Positions 1 to 9,571 of a DNA stretch of 64,000 nt are shown one piece after another. The position numbers were made by a program, and so were the translations under genes. Within the stretch, counting starts at the first letter, position 1. Each line of letters starts with the position of its first letter. Under the pieces are notes generated by a model. The model saw only the letters and a list, made by a program, of their open reading frames with translations, did not search any database and was not told the origin of the DNA. The stretch is from an uncultured Bdellovibrionales bacterium (GTDB lineage Bacteria; Patescibacteriota; Minisyncoccia; Moranbacterales; UBA1568), in assembly GCA_964488025.1 (NCBI GenBank), contig CAZATJ010000003.1, forward strand, positions 4,294 through 68,293, in the 5' to 3' direction.

Positions 1-1080
1 ACCGAGAAGGCGATGAATATCGAACCGGCCCACTACTTCCCTCGGGCGACGGCTCATATCAGTCAGATGATCAAACTGATTGAAGCGCTCATCGAAAGGG
101 GCCATGCCTATGAAAAAAATGGTAACATCTTTCTTGATGTCACTACCTTTCCCGATTATGGGAAACTTTCAGGAAATACGCTCACCAGTCTCCAGGTCGG
201 GGCTCGGCTCGAAGCACATCCGGACAAAAAGAATCCCTGGGACTTTGCCCTGTGGCTCAAGGCTCCAGCAGGACATCTTATGCATTGGCCATCGCCGTGG
301 AGTGAAGGCTATCCTGGTTGGCACATCGAGTGCAGCGCCATGAGCATGGAGTACCTGGGCGATACGTTCGATATTCATACCGGTGGTGAAGATAATATCT
401 TCCCCCATCATGAGGCTGAGATTATTCAGTCCGAAGGCGTCACCGGCAAGCCCTTCGTCCGCTATTGGATGCATACCCGCCACATGATGATCGATGGCGC
501 CAAGATGTCCAAATCCAAAAAAAATTTTTACATCCTAGAAGACCTCCTCGCTAAAGGCTACACCCCGATGGATTTTCGCACACTCCTCATCTCGGCTCAT
601 TATCGTTCCCAAATGAATTTTACCTGGGAATCCCTTGAGCAGGCGAAAAAAAATAAGGAAGTATTTTTCGCTCTCATGAACCGTCTCGTAACGATTCCGA
701 AAGAAGAGTTTGATTCGAATGGCTTTGACGGTACTGAAACGCTCGAGGAGATCCGCGAGGTCGTACAGGATGACTTGAATACTCCTCAGGCTCTTGCTCT
801 TGCGCTAGAACTGGTCAAAAAAATAAACACCCTTCTGGATAAGGGTGAAAAGATAAACATCATTGTTCTGAGGTCAACCCTTGAAAAAATATTTTTCCTT
901 TTCGGATTGGTGCCTGAAAATGTCATTATCCCTGATGAAATCGAAAGTCTAGCCAAGGCCCGGGAAGGGGCACGAGAAAACAAAGATTTTTCCGAATCTG
1001 ATCGTCTGCGCGATGAGATTGCCCGTCATGGCTACAAAGTCGAAGACACTGCCTCTGGCTATCGTCTGAAAAAACTCTAA
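1..1080 (+). CDS. cysS: Cysteinyl-tRNA synthetase, C-terminal part (5' end outside window)
   Basis: The translation has WHIECSAM, the KMSKS motif and the anticodon-binding region of class I CysRS. The reading frame is open back to base 1, so the gene is partial. Confidence 0.85.
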   Translation, partial: TEKAMNIEPAHYFPRATAHISQMIKLIEALIERGHAYEKNGNIFLDVTTFPDYGKLSGNTLTSLQVGARLEAHPDKKNPWDFALWLKAPAGHLMHWPSPWSEGYPGWHIECSAMSMEYLGDTFDIHTGGEDNIFPHHEAEIIQSEGVTGKPFVRYWMHTRHMMIDGAKMSKSKKNFYILEDLLAKGYTPMDFRTLLISAHYRSQMNFTWESLEQAKKNKEVFFALMNRLVTIPKEEFDSNGFDGTETLEEIREVVQDDLNTPQALALALELVKKINTLLDKGEKINIIVLRSTLEKIFFLFGLVPENVIIPDEIESLAKAREGARENKDFSESDRLRDEIARHGYKVEDTASGYRLKKL

Positions 1081-1126
1081 AAACTCCTGAGAAACTTACT
1101 GAGAAGCCAGGCTTCTTAGTAAAAAG

Positions 1127-1163
1127 GGCCGGATGTCGCGTGGACATCTCGGCCTCTTTGTTG
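1127..1163 (+). terminator. Rho-independent terminator after cysS
   Basis: ggccggatgtc..gacatctcggcc forms an 11-bp stem with one bulge, followed by tctttgttg. Confidence 0.55.
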
Positions 1164-1528
1164 CTGGCTCCCCTCAATGAGGGGAAGGCTCTTGGTAGCC
1201 TTCTTGGTAGCCTTCGGGCGCTCCAGAGAGGGCCACCATGCGTTCGTCTTCTTCGACGAGCGACTGGTTCAAACGAACCATCCTCAACTCGGGGAAGATG
1301 GCCTCTAGAAGGCTTTTCCAAAGGCTGGCTAAGTAATTTTTCCTCATTTTCTACTCCTCGGGGGTTGAAATCTCATTACTTATTTTACATTATACTCCTT
1401 TTTTACCGTTTTGTCAACCCAGTATTATTATCTGGTATTATTATCCACATATCCCCCGCGACTGCCGAAGCTGGCTCAGTTATCGTCCGCACGCTATAAT
1501 GCAGTATATTCAAATTTTTCGTACCCCC

Positions 1529-2884
1529 ATGGCTGGAAGTAAAACCGATCACTTGCGCGTTCCCCCACATAACCTGGAAGCCGAAGCCTCGGTCCTCGGG
1601 TCGCTTATGCTCGATAAGGACGCCATCATCAAGGTGGCTGATCTTTTGAAGGTGGGAGATTTTTATAAAAACGATCATAACTTCATCTACGAAACCATGC
1701 TCGCCCTCTACGAGGAGCGCGAACCAATCGATGTCCTTTCTTTGTCCAACAAGCTTGAAGAGAAAGGCCAACTTGAACGGGTTGGCGGATCAAGTTACTT
1801 GGCATCGCTCGTCAACACGGTACCCTCAGCCACCAACGTCGTGCATTACGCCAAGGTTGTTCAGAAAAAAACACTCCTGCGCCGCCTCATCGCCGCCGCA
1901 AGCGATATCGTCGAAATGGGCTATGATGAATCGGAGGATGTTCAGAAACTCCTCGACGAAGCGGAACAGAAAGTTTTTGCCGTTTCTCAAAAATATATCA
2001 AGCAGGACTTCGTCCCCATCAAATCCATCCTTGAGGTAGCCTTCAACCGTATCGATGAACTCCACAAGAGCGACCATGCTTTCCGTGGAGTCCAAACTTT
2101 TTATCCTGACCTCGATAATCTCTTGGCCGGCTTGCAGAAATCCGATCTGCTTATTTTAGCGGCTCGACCATCGGTCGGGAAAACCACCTTCGCTCTCGAT
2201 ATTGCTCGCCAGGTCGGCGTCCATGGCAAGGTTCCGGTCGGTATTTTTTCTCTCGAAATGGGATCGGATCAACTGGTAGATCGCATGATTGCCGCTCAAG
2301 CCGGAGTGGATTTGTGGCGCCTGCGTACCGGCAAGCTTTCCAGTGAAGGCCCGGACAATGACTTCGAAAAAATTTCCGATGCCATGGGCGTGCTGTCTGA
2401 GGCACCGATATTTATCGACGACAGCGGCTCGCTCAACATCATGGAGATGCGCACCATGGCCAGGCGTCTCCAGGCCGAACACAATCTCGGGCTCATCATC
2501 GTCGACTACCTCCAGCTCATGGAAGGACGTAGTTCCAAAGGCGACAACCGAGTACAAGAGATTTCGGAAATTTCCCGCGGATTGAAACAGCTCGCCCGCG
2601 AACTCAATATTCCCGTCATCGCCCTTTCTCAGTTGTCCCGTGCCGTCGAATCCCGCCCCGATCAGATTCCGAAGCTTTCCGACTTACGCGAATCCGGTTC
2701 TATCGAACAGGATGCTGACGTGGTCATGTTTCTCTATCGTGAAGATCGAGTGAAACCCGATACCCCGAATAAGAACATTGCTGACATTATCGTGGCCAAA
2801 CACCGTAACGGTCCGGTTGGTAAGATCTCGCTCTATTTTGAGGAAAACTCAACCACGTTCAAATCACTCGAAAAAGCCCACTAG
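1529..2884 (+). CDS. dnaB: Replicative DNA helicase DnaB
   Basis: The N-terminus reads VPPHNLEAEASVLGSLMLD. Walker A is GKT, Walker B is IIVDYLQLM, and a RecA-like C-terminus follows. The ATG at 1529 (MAGSK) is the preferred start; the ORF track begins at 1499. A TATAAT sits at 1494-1499. Confidence 0.9.
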   Translation: MAGSKTDHLRVPPHNLEAEASVLGSLMLDKDAIIKVADLLKVGDFYKNDHNFIYETMLALYEEREPIDVLSLSNKLEEKGQLERVGGSSYLASLVNTVPSATNVVHYAKVVQKKTLLRRLIAAASDIVEMGYDESEDVQKLLDEAEQKVFAVSQKYIKQDFVPIKSILEVAFNRIDELHKSDHAFRGVQTFYPDLDNLLAGLQKSDLLILAARPSVGKTTFALDIARQVGVHGKVPVGIFSLEMGSDQLVDRMIAAQAGVDLWRLRTGKLSSEGPDNDFEKISDAMGVLSEAPIFIDDSGSLNIMEMRTMARRLQAEHNLGLIIVDYLQLMEGRSSKGDNRVQEISEISRGLKQLARELNIPVIALSQLSRAVESRPDQIPKLSDLRESGSIEQDADVVMFLYREDRVKPDTPNKNIADIIVAKHRNGPVGKISLYFEENSTTFKSLEKAH

Positions 2885-2887
2885 ACT

Positions 2888-3484
2888 ATGCAGTATCCAA
2901 AAGCTTTTCAATCACTCATCGCGCACTTTTCAGCCTTGCCGTCAGTCGGACCCAAGATGGCGGAACGGATTGTTCTCTATCTGTTCAAGCAGGACGCGGA
3001 GAAGCTGCAAAGTTTTGCCGAAAGCCTGGAAGAACTTCCCCGACTGAAAAGCTGCACCCGCTGTTTCCATATCGCCGAAAGCGAGTTGTGCTACATCTGT
3101 GCCGACACGAGGCGTGACACCACGGCCCTCTGCGTGGTCGAGGAACCGCTTGATGTCATCGCTCTCGAACGGATCGGCATCTATTCCGGCTTGTACCATG
3201 TCTTAGGTGGACTGCTCGAAAGCGGGAAAAATGATAATAGCGGAAACCTGCGTATCAGTGAGCTTCTCGAGCGTGTCCGTAATGACAAAATCAAAGAGGT
3301 GATTCTCGCTACCAACCCGACCACCGAGGGCGATCTGACGGCTCTCTACCTCAAAAAGAAGCTTGAGCCTACTGGAGTCAAAATTACCCGTATTGGAAGA
3401 GGTTTGGCAACAGGCGGTGATATCGAATATGCCGACGAAATCACTCTCAGTGCTGCCTTGACAAATCGCAAGGAGCTGTTATAA
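2888..3484 (+). CDS. recR: Recombination protein RecR
   Basis: It has the C4 zinc finger CTRCFHIAESELCYIC and a Toprim domain. It is adjacent to dnaB. Confidence 0.88.
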   Translation: MQYPKAFQSLIAHFSALPSVGPKMAERIVLYLFKQDAEKLQSFAESLEELPRLKSCTRCFHIAESELCYICADTRRDTTALCVVEEPLDVIALERIGIYSGLYHVLGGLLESGKNDNSGNLRISELLERVRNDKIKEVILATNPTTEGDLTALYLKKKLEPTGVKITRIGRGLATGGDIEYADEITLSAALTNRKELL

Positions 3485-3522
3485 TAACAACATCCTCAAC
3501 ACCTCGATGAAGGGAGACGGAT

Positions 3523-3690
3523 ATGCCGGAGAAGCTCGGTATGATTCCCTACGAACCGCACATGGGGGCAGGTTTTGTTCCATACGATGCCATCGAGTGG
3601 CACATGGAGCAGCAGCAGTGGCTGGCAGCGGCTCCTGAACCTGTCAAGCAAAGTGAAGTCAAAGAAGCCCCTCCAGTTCAATCGGAGTAG
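3523..3690 (+). CDS. Candidate small protein (55 aa), unknown function
   Basis: A strong SD (AAGGGAGA) sits 7 nt upstream of the ATG. It translates as MPEKLGMIPYEPHMGAGFVPYDAIEWHMEQQQWLAAAPEPVKQSEVKEAPPVQSE. It is absent from the ORF track only because it falls under the size cutoff. Confidence 0.3.
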   Translation: MPEKLGMIPYEPHMGAGFVPYDAIEWHMEQQQWLAAAPEPVKQSEVKEAPPVQSE

Positions 3691-3751
3691 CTTCCGAACG
3701 CGAGGTTCCGAGACAATGTCCGGAACCTTTTTCATTTTCATGTAATCGAAC

Positions 3752-3780
3752 AAAAAAATCCGCTCTTCGGAGAGCGGATT
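3752..3780 (-). terminator. Rho-independent terminator after rplU
   Basis: atccgctc-ttcgga-gagcggat forms a hairpin. On the minus strand it is followed by a T-run (a 7-nt A-run on the plus strand). Confidence 0.6.
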
Positions 3781-3786
3781 TCGGAT

Positions 3787-4095
3787 TTAGGCGGAGATTT
3801 TGGTAATTTGTACTTCGGTATACGGCTGACGATGGCCGAAACGAACGAGATAACGCTTCTTCGGCTTGTGTTTGATACCTTTCACCTTATCGTGACGATC
3901 CTGGTCGATAACTTTTCCTTCGACGACAGCTTTTTCCAGCACTGGAGTGCCGACGTGAGCCACTTTGTCATCGCCAACAAAGAGCACTTCGAACTTCACC
4001 GTGCTATCGATTTCGGCTACCAGCTTTTCAATTTTCACCTTATCCCCTTCAGAAACTTTATACTGCTTTCCGCCAGTTCTGATAATCGCCAACAT
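3787..4095 (-). CDS. rplU: 50S ribosomal protein L21
   Basis: It translates as MLAIIRTGGKQYKV...HRQPYTEVQITKI, typical of bL21. Confidence 0.88.
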   Translation of the reverse strand: MLAIIRTGGKQYKVSEGDKVKIEKLVAEIDSTVKFEVLFVGDDKVAHVGTPVLEKAVVEGKVIDQDRHDKVKGIKHKPKKRYLVRFGHRQPYTEVQITKISA

Positions 4096-4198
4096 ACGCC
4101 AAAAGTGAGCCATTTATATACCTATCCACTGTACCGGATTTCTTAAGGATTGTCAATACGAACTGAATAACGCCACCATTTTCCTTATTTCATGAATT

Positions 4199-5965
4199 TT
4201 ATTCAAGAATCGCTTTGATACGCCGGACGCCAGCCGAGCTCGCCTCCTCTTTGATAATTTTGAATTTTCCAAAAGTGGCGATGTCGGCCGTGGTCTTGAC
4301 GTGTGGTCCGCCGCAGAGTTCCCGGGAATAGACTGTGCCATCGGGAGCCTGCACCTGGTAGACGGTCACTTTTTCCGGGTATTTTTCCCAAAAACTCCCC
4401 TCCACACCGGCTGCTTTGGCGGCTGACTTATCCATGATAACGGTATTGACTATCGCTTGCGCCGCTATGGCTTCGTTGACATAGTTTTCCACCCGATCAA
4501 GGATGTCACGAGACACCTTTTCCGGATAGGTGAAATCAAAGCGGGTACGCTCTTCGGTGATATTCGAACCAGCCTGATGCACATCGGGACCGAGCTCTTT
4601 GCGCAGACCCGCCAACATAAGATGCGTCGCTGTATGGTAAGCCGTCACTTTGGCACTGTGGTCAGCCAAGCCTCCCTTGAATTTTCCCGCGCTGGCGGTA
4701 CGAGAAAGGTCTTGATGTTTTTTGAACTCCTCTCGAAAGGCAACCTCATCAATCTTTACTCCTCGTTCCCCGGCCAGTTCTTGAGTCATCTCGAGTGGAA
4801 AGCCGTAGGTCGAAAAAAGATCGAAGGCATCTTTCCCGGTAAGAGTGCCGTTTTCCGTCCGACGTTCCAATTCCTTAAGTCCCTTGGCAAGCGTAGCGTG
4901 AAACTTCATTTCCTCTCTCCCCAACTCATCAAGAATCTTGTGAGCATTCTCCCTGACAGAATCGTATATGTTTTCGAATTTAGCGATATACCGTTTCGCA
5001 ATCTCGGCTATGATTGGTTGTTCATAACCCATCTTGTGAAATGCTCGGATGGCCCGACGGATCAGACGCCTCAGGATATATCCCTGATCGACATTCTTCG
5101 GAACGATACCATCGGCGATGATATGGGTGGCCGAGCGCAGATGATCAGCGATGATGCGAGCGGAACGTTCATCGTACTGTTCGACTCCAACGATAGTTTT
5201 CACCATAGCCAGCACATCAGCAAAAGCGTCGGTCTCATAGACGCTTTTCAGACCATTAAGGGTGACCGTCGTACGTTCCAGCCCCATGCCGGTATCGACG
5301 CACGGCATCGGCAGTTTTTGAAGCGTATCGGCGTCAATGCGGTTATACTGCATGAAGACGTTATTCCAAATTTCCATCCACTCCGTGGGATGAGTACCCT
5401 TGTTTCCCTGTGGTTCTCCAACCCCAACCCAATAGAAAATTTCCGTATCCGGTCCGCAGGGTCCGGTTGGTCCGGCGGCCCACCAGTTGTCTTCAGCCGG
5501 AAGATAAGCGATACGATCCTCCGGCATCCCGAGCATTCTCCAGATTTCAGCTGATTCCTCATCGCGCGGTGCATTTTTGTCACCAGCAAAAACCGTTACG
5601 GAAATCATTTCTGGTACGAGAGCCAGCCATTTCTGATCGGTAAGAAACTCCCACGACCAAGCAATTGATTCTTTCTTGAAATAATCGCCAAGCGACCAAT
5701 TCCCCAACATTTCAAAAAATGTCAGGTGCGTATCGTCACCCACCTCATCTATATCGCCAGTACGGACACACTTCTGTACATCGACGATACGTTTTCCCAT
5801 CGGATGAGGCCTCCCCAAAAGATAGGGCACGAGCGGCTGCATGCCGGCAGTATTAAAAAGCACAGAAGGATCATTTTCCGGTACGAGCGGGGCCGATGGA
5901 ATAATGACGTGTCCTTTCTTCTCGAAAAATTCCAGGTATTTTTTACGGATGTCGTTGGCGAGCAT
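4199..5965 (-). CDS. alaS: Alanyl-tRNA synthetase, short form with catalytic, tRNA-binding and editing domains and no C-terminal domain
   Basis: The class II AlaRS N-terminus reads FFEKKGHVIIPSAPLVPENDPSVLFNTAGMQ. The editing-site HxxxH is present as HTATHLM. Confidence 0.85.
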   Translation of the reverse strand: MLANDIRKKYLEFFEKKGHVIIPSAPLVPENDPSVLFNTAGMQPLVPYLLGRPHPMGKRIVDVQKCVRTGDIDEVGDDTHLTFFEMLGNWSLGDYFKKESIAWSWEFLTDQKWLALVPEMISVTVFAGDKNAPRDEESAEIWRMLGMPEDRIAYLPAEDNWWAAGPTGPCGPDTEIFYWVGVGEPQGNKGTHPTEWMEIWNNVFMQYNRIDADTLQKLPMPCVDTGMGLERTTVTLNGLKSVYETDAFADVLAMVKTIVGVEQYDERSARIIADHLRSATHIIADGIVPKNVDQGYILRRLIRRAIRAFHKMGYEQPIIAEIAKRYIAKFENIYDSVRENAHKILDELGREEMKFHATLAKGLKELERRTENGTLTGKDAFDLFSTYGFPLEMTQELAGERGVKIDEVAFREEFKKHQDLSRTASAGKFKGGLADHSAKVTAYHTATHLMLAGLRKELGPDVHQAGSNITEERTRFDFTYPEKVSRDILDRVENYVNEAIAAQAIVNTVIMDKSAAKAAGVEGSFWEKYPEKVTVYQVQAPDGTVYSRELCGGPHVKTTADIATFGKFKIIKEEASSAGVRRIKAILE

Positions 5966-5972
5966 AAAAAAC

Positions 5973-6239
5973 TTACAGTAAATTCATCCTCCGTTTCAAA
6001 CGTGCTATTTCTTCTGTGGCATCCAATATGCGATGTTTGCAGGTATTTCGAGAGATTTCCAGATCCGTTATTTCAGACTCCATCCGAACAATTTCCTTCT
6101 TCAATCGCGTTATTTTATCTATGATAACCTCTTGTTTTTTTTCAAACGATCGCTTCTCACCCTCAAAAGAAAATATCTCATTCTCAAGCTTGCGCCGTTC
6201 GCTGTTCGCGCTGGCCGCATTCTGACTGTTCGTGTCCAT
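5973..6239 (-). CDS. Small coiled-coil protein (88 aa), unknown function
   Basis: It shows a heptad-like charged pattern, EIVRMESEITDLEISRN, with no transmembrane segment. Confidence 0.4.
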   Translation of the reverse strand: MDTNSQNAASANSERRKLENEIFSFEGEKRSFEKKQEVIIDKITRLKKEIVRMESEITDLEISRNTCKHRILDATEEIARLKRRMNLL

Positions 6240-6330
6240 AATGATATTTATTGATTCTTTAGTGTCTGAGTATACCAGAAAATAGCCAAAAAATCAACTC
6301 TTCCGCGGTTTTTCTCGGTTAAGAAGATTA

Positions 6331-8202
6331 CTATTCCGCGCTTCCCGGTTCCTGAAGAACAGTCACCCGATTTCTAGAAGAAGGCACGGTCGATACGAAC
6401 CATTGCGGCTTGAAAATAATCTGAAGCTTCTTGATTTCCGGAAAAGAAAGCAGGGCATCATTCACCTCATCGCCATTTTTCCCCAAAAGGCCGTCAAGAA
6501 TTTTTTCCTTGTCGATGACGGATTCAGAGTCAACAACGGCGTGCACCCTGAACCGGACTTTCTTTCCCTCATAATCGGGGATGGCTTCACCGTAAGAGAG
6601 GGTCACGGCAGTCGGTCGAAACAGGACACCGTTGACCGTTTCTTCTCCCTTGGTGCGGATTTTTTCTCTGATGGATTCTTCCGAAAAGAGAAATCCTCGA
6701 ACTTTGAAAGTATTTTTGTATTCGAAGGAAGTGGCCGTCGTACCAGAAAGCGGCAAAGTGGCGCTTCCCAGAGAAGTAACGTCGATGTTTTCTTCCAACA
6801 CCCGTTCCCCAGCAGCAAGTTCTTGTTTCACGGAAGTCAGAAATGATTCCTTTGCCTTTTCTTTCGCCAACTCATTCGCTTTTTCCAAATCATCCTTAGA
6901 GATAACTTTGGAGTCGGTTCCGGTAGTGTCGCTGCCGCCAGACAAAGACTTATTTGATTGAGCGGAAAATTTTTCGTACTTCGAACTTCCCTTGAAACCA
7001 GGAATAGTGAAAGTCGTACCAGTAATATTGTATGCCGTTCCGGATTGGTCAGCGATCACCGATGCCTCAATAGCTCCTGGCTGGCCATCGGTCATGCCTG
7101 GAACCGTCACTCCTTCAATCAGGCGGAAAATTTTCCCTTCCGGAGATTCCAGTCGGGTTGTCGCTACCAAAGATTGCGGTTCGGTGCTGAATTTGTTATA
7201 TATCACGACTGTCCCGCGAGCCTTTTGTGCAGTTCCGAGAGACTCACCAGTAGCCTCCACTGAAAAAATCACTTCTTGCTCCCTTTCCGCCATTCGCATA
7301 GGAAGCATGTCATCCTCGGCCAACACGCCCTCAAAACGCCCCTCGAACTGGAGGTCTACACTCTGAGTCGTCTTGTAGGGAACAACATGAATCTCTGCGC
7401 TCGGCAAGAAAATAAACAAGAGCACTCCGATAAGTGACAGGAAGGAAACACTTCCCAAAAACAAGAATATCCCTCTAGCTTTTTTTGAGGTGACCGCAAT
7501 TTTCGGTGTTTCTTCCTTACGTTCCGTTTTCGGAGCTCTTTCTTGAAGTGAAGAATCTTTTTTCTCCGGAGAGAAAAAATTTTTCAACCGCTCTTCTCTG
7601 CCGCCCTGAACCAGTCCGCGATCCGGACGAGATGATTCTTCTGTACGGACAGATCCCTCCCGACGTATGACGGATTGGGTTGGCACACTTTTTGGCATCA
7701 GATTGGATGTATCACGTTTGGAATTGAGACTGGTCTGTTTCGGCGGAGAGGCGTTACGTACCCTCAGTATCTTTTCCGGACCCGCCGCGACCGAAGGGAC
7801 ATCCTGAGGACTTGAAGTGTAGAAATCATTACTTCCCAGTTCTTCGGACGTGTGGTTGCTTGGCGGTGTCTCCGGCTCAACTGACGTTACCACCGCTTCC
7901 TTTTCAACTGGCGCAACGAGTTCAAGATGCGATGTTTTACGGGAAAAGTCGTCGGTATAGCGCTCAGTGGCCAGCCCCACTTTTTGAGCGAGTGTTAATC
8001 CTGTTTCATCCTGAGTGACAATAATGACTTTTTTTCCTAATTTTTCCGCTTCCCGCTGGAACAGCTTCAGATTGATAATGCTCTGCAACACCAAAGAACG
8101 CTTAGGAAAAATGAAGTAGTTCTCCCCGACAGATGAACGGCGCAGGCGACCGATTACCGAAATAATCTCTTCGTCATTTTCTATATAAAATGTCTGGGGC
8201 AT
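6331..8202 (-). CDS. Hypothetical bitopic membrane protein with a cytoplasmic N-domain, an S/T/P/E-rich linker, one TM segment and a ~350-aa extracytoplasmic domain
   Basis: It has a single hydrophobic segment, IFLFLGSVSFLSLIGVLLFIFL, and a low-complexity linker. It lies immediately downstream of ftsA on the same strand. Confidence 0.5.
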   Translation of the reverse strand: MPQTFYIENDEEIISVIGRLRRSSVGENYFIFPKRSLVLQSIINLKLFQREAEKLGKKVIIVTQDETGLTLAQKVGLATERYTDDFSRKTSHLELVAPVEKEAVVTSVEPETPPSNHTSEELGSNDFYTSSPQDVPSVAAGPEKILRVRNASPPKQTSLNSKRDTSNLMPKSVPTQSVIRREGSVRTEESSRPDRGLVQGGREERLKNFFSPEKKDSSLQERAPKTERKEETPKIAVTSKKARGIFLFLGSVSFLSLIGVLLFIFLPSAEIHVVPYKTTQSVDLQFEGRFEGVLAEDDMLPMRMAEREQEVIFSVEATGESLGTAQKARGTVVIYNKFSTEPQSLVATTRLESPEGKIFRLIEGVTVPGMTDGQPGAIEASVIADQSGTAYNITGTTFTIPGFKGSSKYEKFSAQSNKSLSGGSDTTGTDSKVISKDDLEKANELAKEKAKESFLTSVKQELAAGERVLEENIDVTSLGSATLPLSGTTATSFEYKNTFKVRGFLFSEESIREKIRTKGEETVNGVLFRPTAVTLSYGEAIPDYEGKKVRFRVHAVVDSESVIDKEKILDGLLGKNGDEVNDALLSFPEIKKLQIIFKPQWFVSTVPSSRNRVTVLQEPGSAE

Positions 8203-8250
8203 AGGGTGGTATTACCAAGTGAAGTGGGCGAATAAAATCGGGAATACTGG

Positions 8251-9516
8251 TTATTTTTTTTCAGTTTTTTCCATGCTGCGGCGAAGGATGCTTGACAGCA
8301 TCTTTTCCTCCTCGAGAGAATCGATAAGCGCCAAATGAGCCAGGCCGATTGGTGTCATGTCCTGTGGATTATTGAGCTCTCCGGTCGTGTCAACAATACG
8401 TACCACGTCCCGAGGCTGTAAAAACGAAACCTGAGGTATTTTTGGGAAAGGAAAGGAGGACCATTCCTGAGAGAGAAGTGCCTGTTTGATGCCGGGGAGA
8501 GCCGACCCGCCACCACACAAAAAAATCCGTGGCGGCAAAAGATCCGTTTCTGCGAATTCCATAAGTGATAATTCCACCCCGCCAAGCCATATCCGGCAAT
8601 CATCGGCGAATAAGGCAGCGACCCGGGACATATCCTCATTTTTGAGCCGATTATTGGCATAATCGATTTTCATGCGCTCCGCCACATCAAAACTGAGTTG
8701 AAATTCCTGTGCTAGGCGTTTGGTAAAGGCTCTTCCTCCCAAGGCGAACATCTTTGTCCCTTCGAGTCCGCCATTACGCACGACAGCGATGTCGGTTGTT
8801 CCCCCACCGATGTCGATAAAAATAGCGCTGAAGTCAATCATGTCATCCACTTCGACGGATCGTGCGACCGCATAAGGCTCGGCGGCAATCGTCAGGAGAT
8901 CAAGTTCAAGTTCTTCGGCAATCGTTTCCAAAGCACCTAGATGGACGATTGGCGCATAGGCGTTGAACACGCTCATAGACACTTCTCTTCCCTGAAAATT
9001 AACGGGGTTAGCGACGGGATAGCCGTCAATACGGACATCGACGATAGCAGCGTTAATGAGTTTTACGTCGATATCATCTTTCCCCATTTCCCAGGAAATT
9101 TGCCTCTTGATTCGTTCGTAAGCTTTATCCTGAACCTTTTGGATAATCATCTTCAGTTCCGGAACACCGATATGCATAGCCGGATTAACGCGTTCATAGT
9201 GTACGGTAGTGGTCGTGCCCTTGACCAGTTCGCCGGCGATTCCGATGATACTTCTTTCGACATTTTTCACTCCAGCCTTCTCTTTAGCAAGAGCGATGGC
9301 CTGACGGGAAGATTCGATGACTCCATTAATATCGGAAACTGCTCCGCTTTGCATATTTCCTATTTTTTGAACCACTCTTCCCACGCCGATAACGACACCG
9401 CGATGTTCATTTTTTTCAATGCGAAAAATAAGCGCCTTGACAACTTCCGTGCCAATATCCAAAGCAAGCACCAAATCAGATTCTTGTTTCCAGGAAAAAT
9501 GAGAGAAGAGACCCAT
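8251..9516 (-). CDS. ftsA: Cell division protein FtsA (actin-like ATPase)
   Basis: It has the phosphate-1 motif LALDIGTEVVKALIF and the phosphate-2 motif IFIDIGGGTTDIAVV. These are actin/Hsp70-fold motifs. Confidence 0.85.
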   Translation of the reverse strand: MGLFSHFSWKQESDLVLALDIGTEVVKALIFRIEKNEHRGVVIGVGRVVQKIGNMQSGAVSDINGVIESSRQAIALAKEKAGVKNVERSIIGIAGELVKGTTTTVHYERVNPAMHIGVPELKMIIQKVQDKAYERIKRQISWEMGKDDIDVKLINAAIVDVRIDGYPVANPVNFQGREVSMSVFNAYAPIVHLGALETIAEELELDLLTIAAEPYAVARSVEVDDMIDFSAIFIDIGGGTTDIAVVRNGGLEGTKMFALGGRAFTKRLAQEFQLSFDVAERMKIDYANNRLKNEDMSRVAALFADDCRIWLGGVELSLMEFAETDLLPPRIFLCGGGSALPGIKQALLSQEWSSFPFPKIPQVSFLQPRDVVRIVDTTGELNNPQDMTPIGLAHLALIDSLEEEKMLSSILRRSMEKTEKK

Positions 9517-9571
9517 AGAACATTTTTGTTTTTTAACTGACGTCTTTTTTTATTATACACCCTCTTTCACT

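Noticed and set aside
926-1499. ORFs 926-1321 (minus strand) and 1140-1499 (plus strand) in the cysS-dnaB intergenic region.
   Set aside because: The first is Arg-rich and overlaps the cysS 3' end and terminator. The second spans the repeat and DnaA-box region. Neither has motifs or a ribosome-binding site.
4457-5554. A 365-aa plus-strand ORF within alaS.
   Set aside because: It is antisense to alaS, of low complexity and without motifs. It is a shadow ORF.
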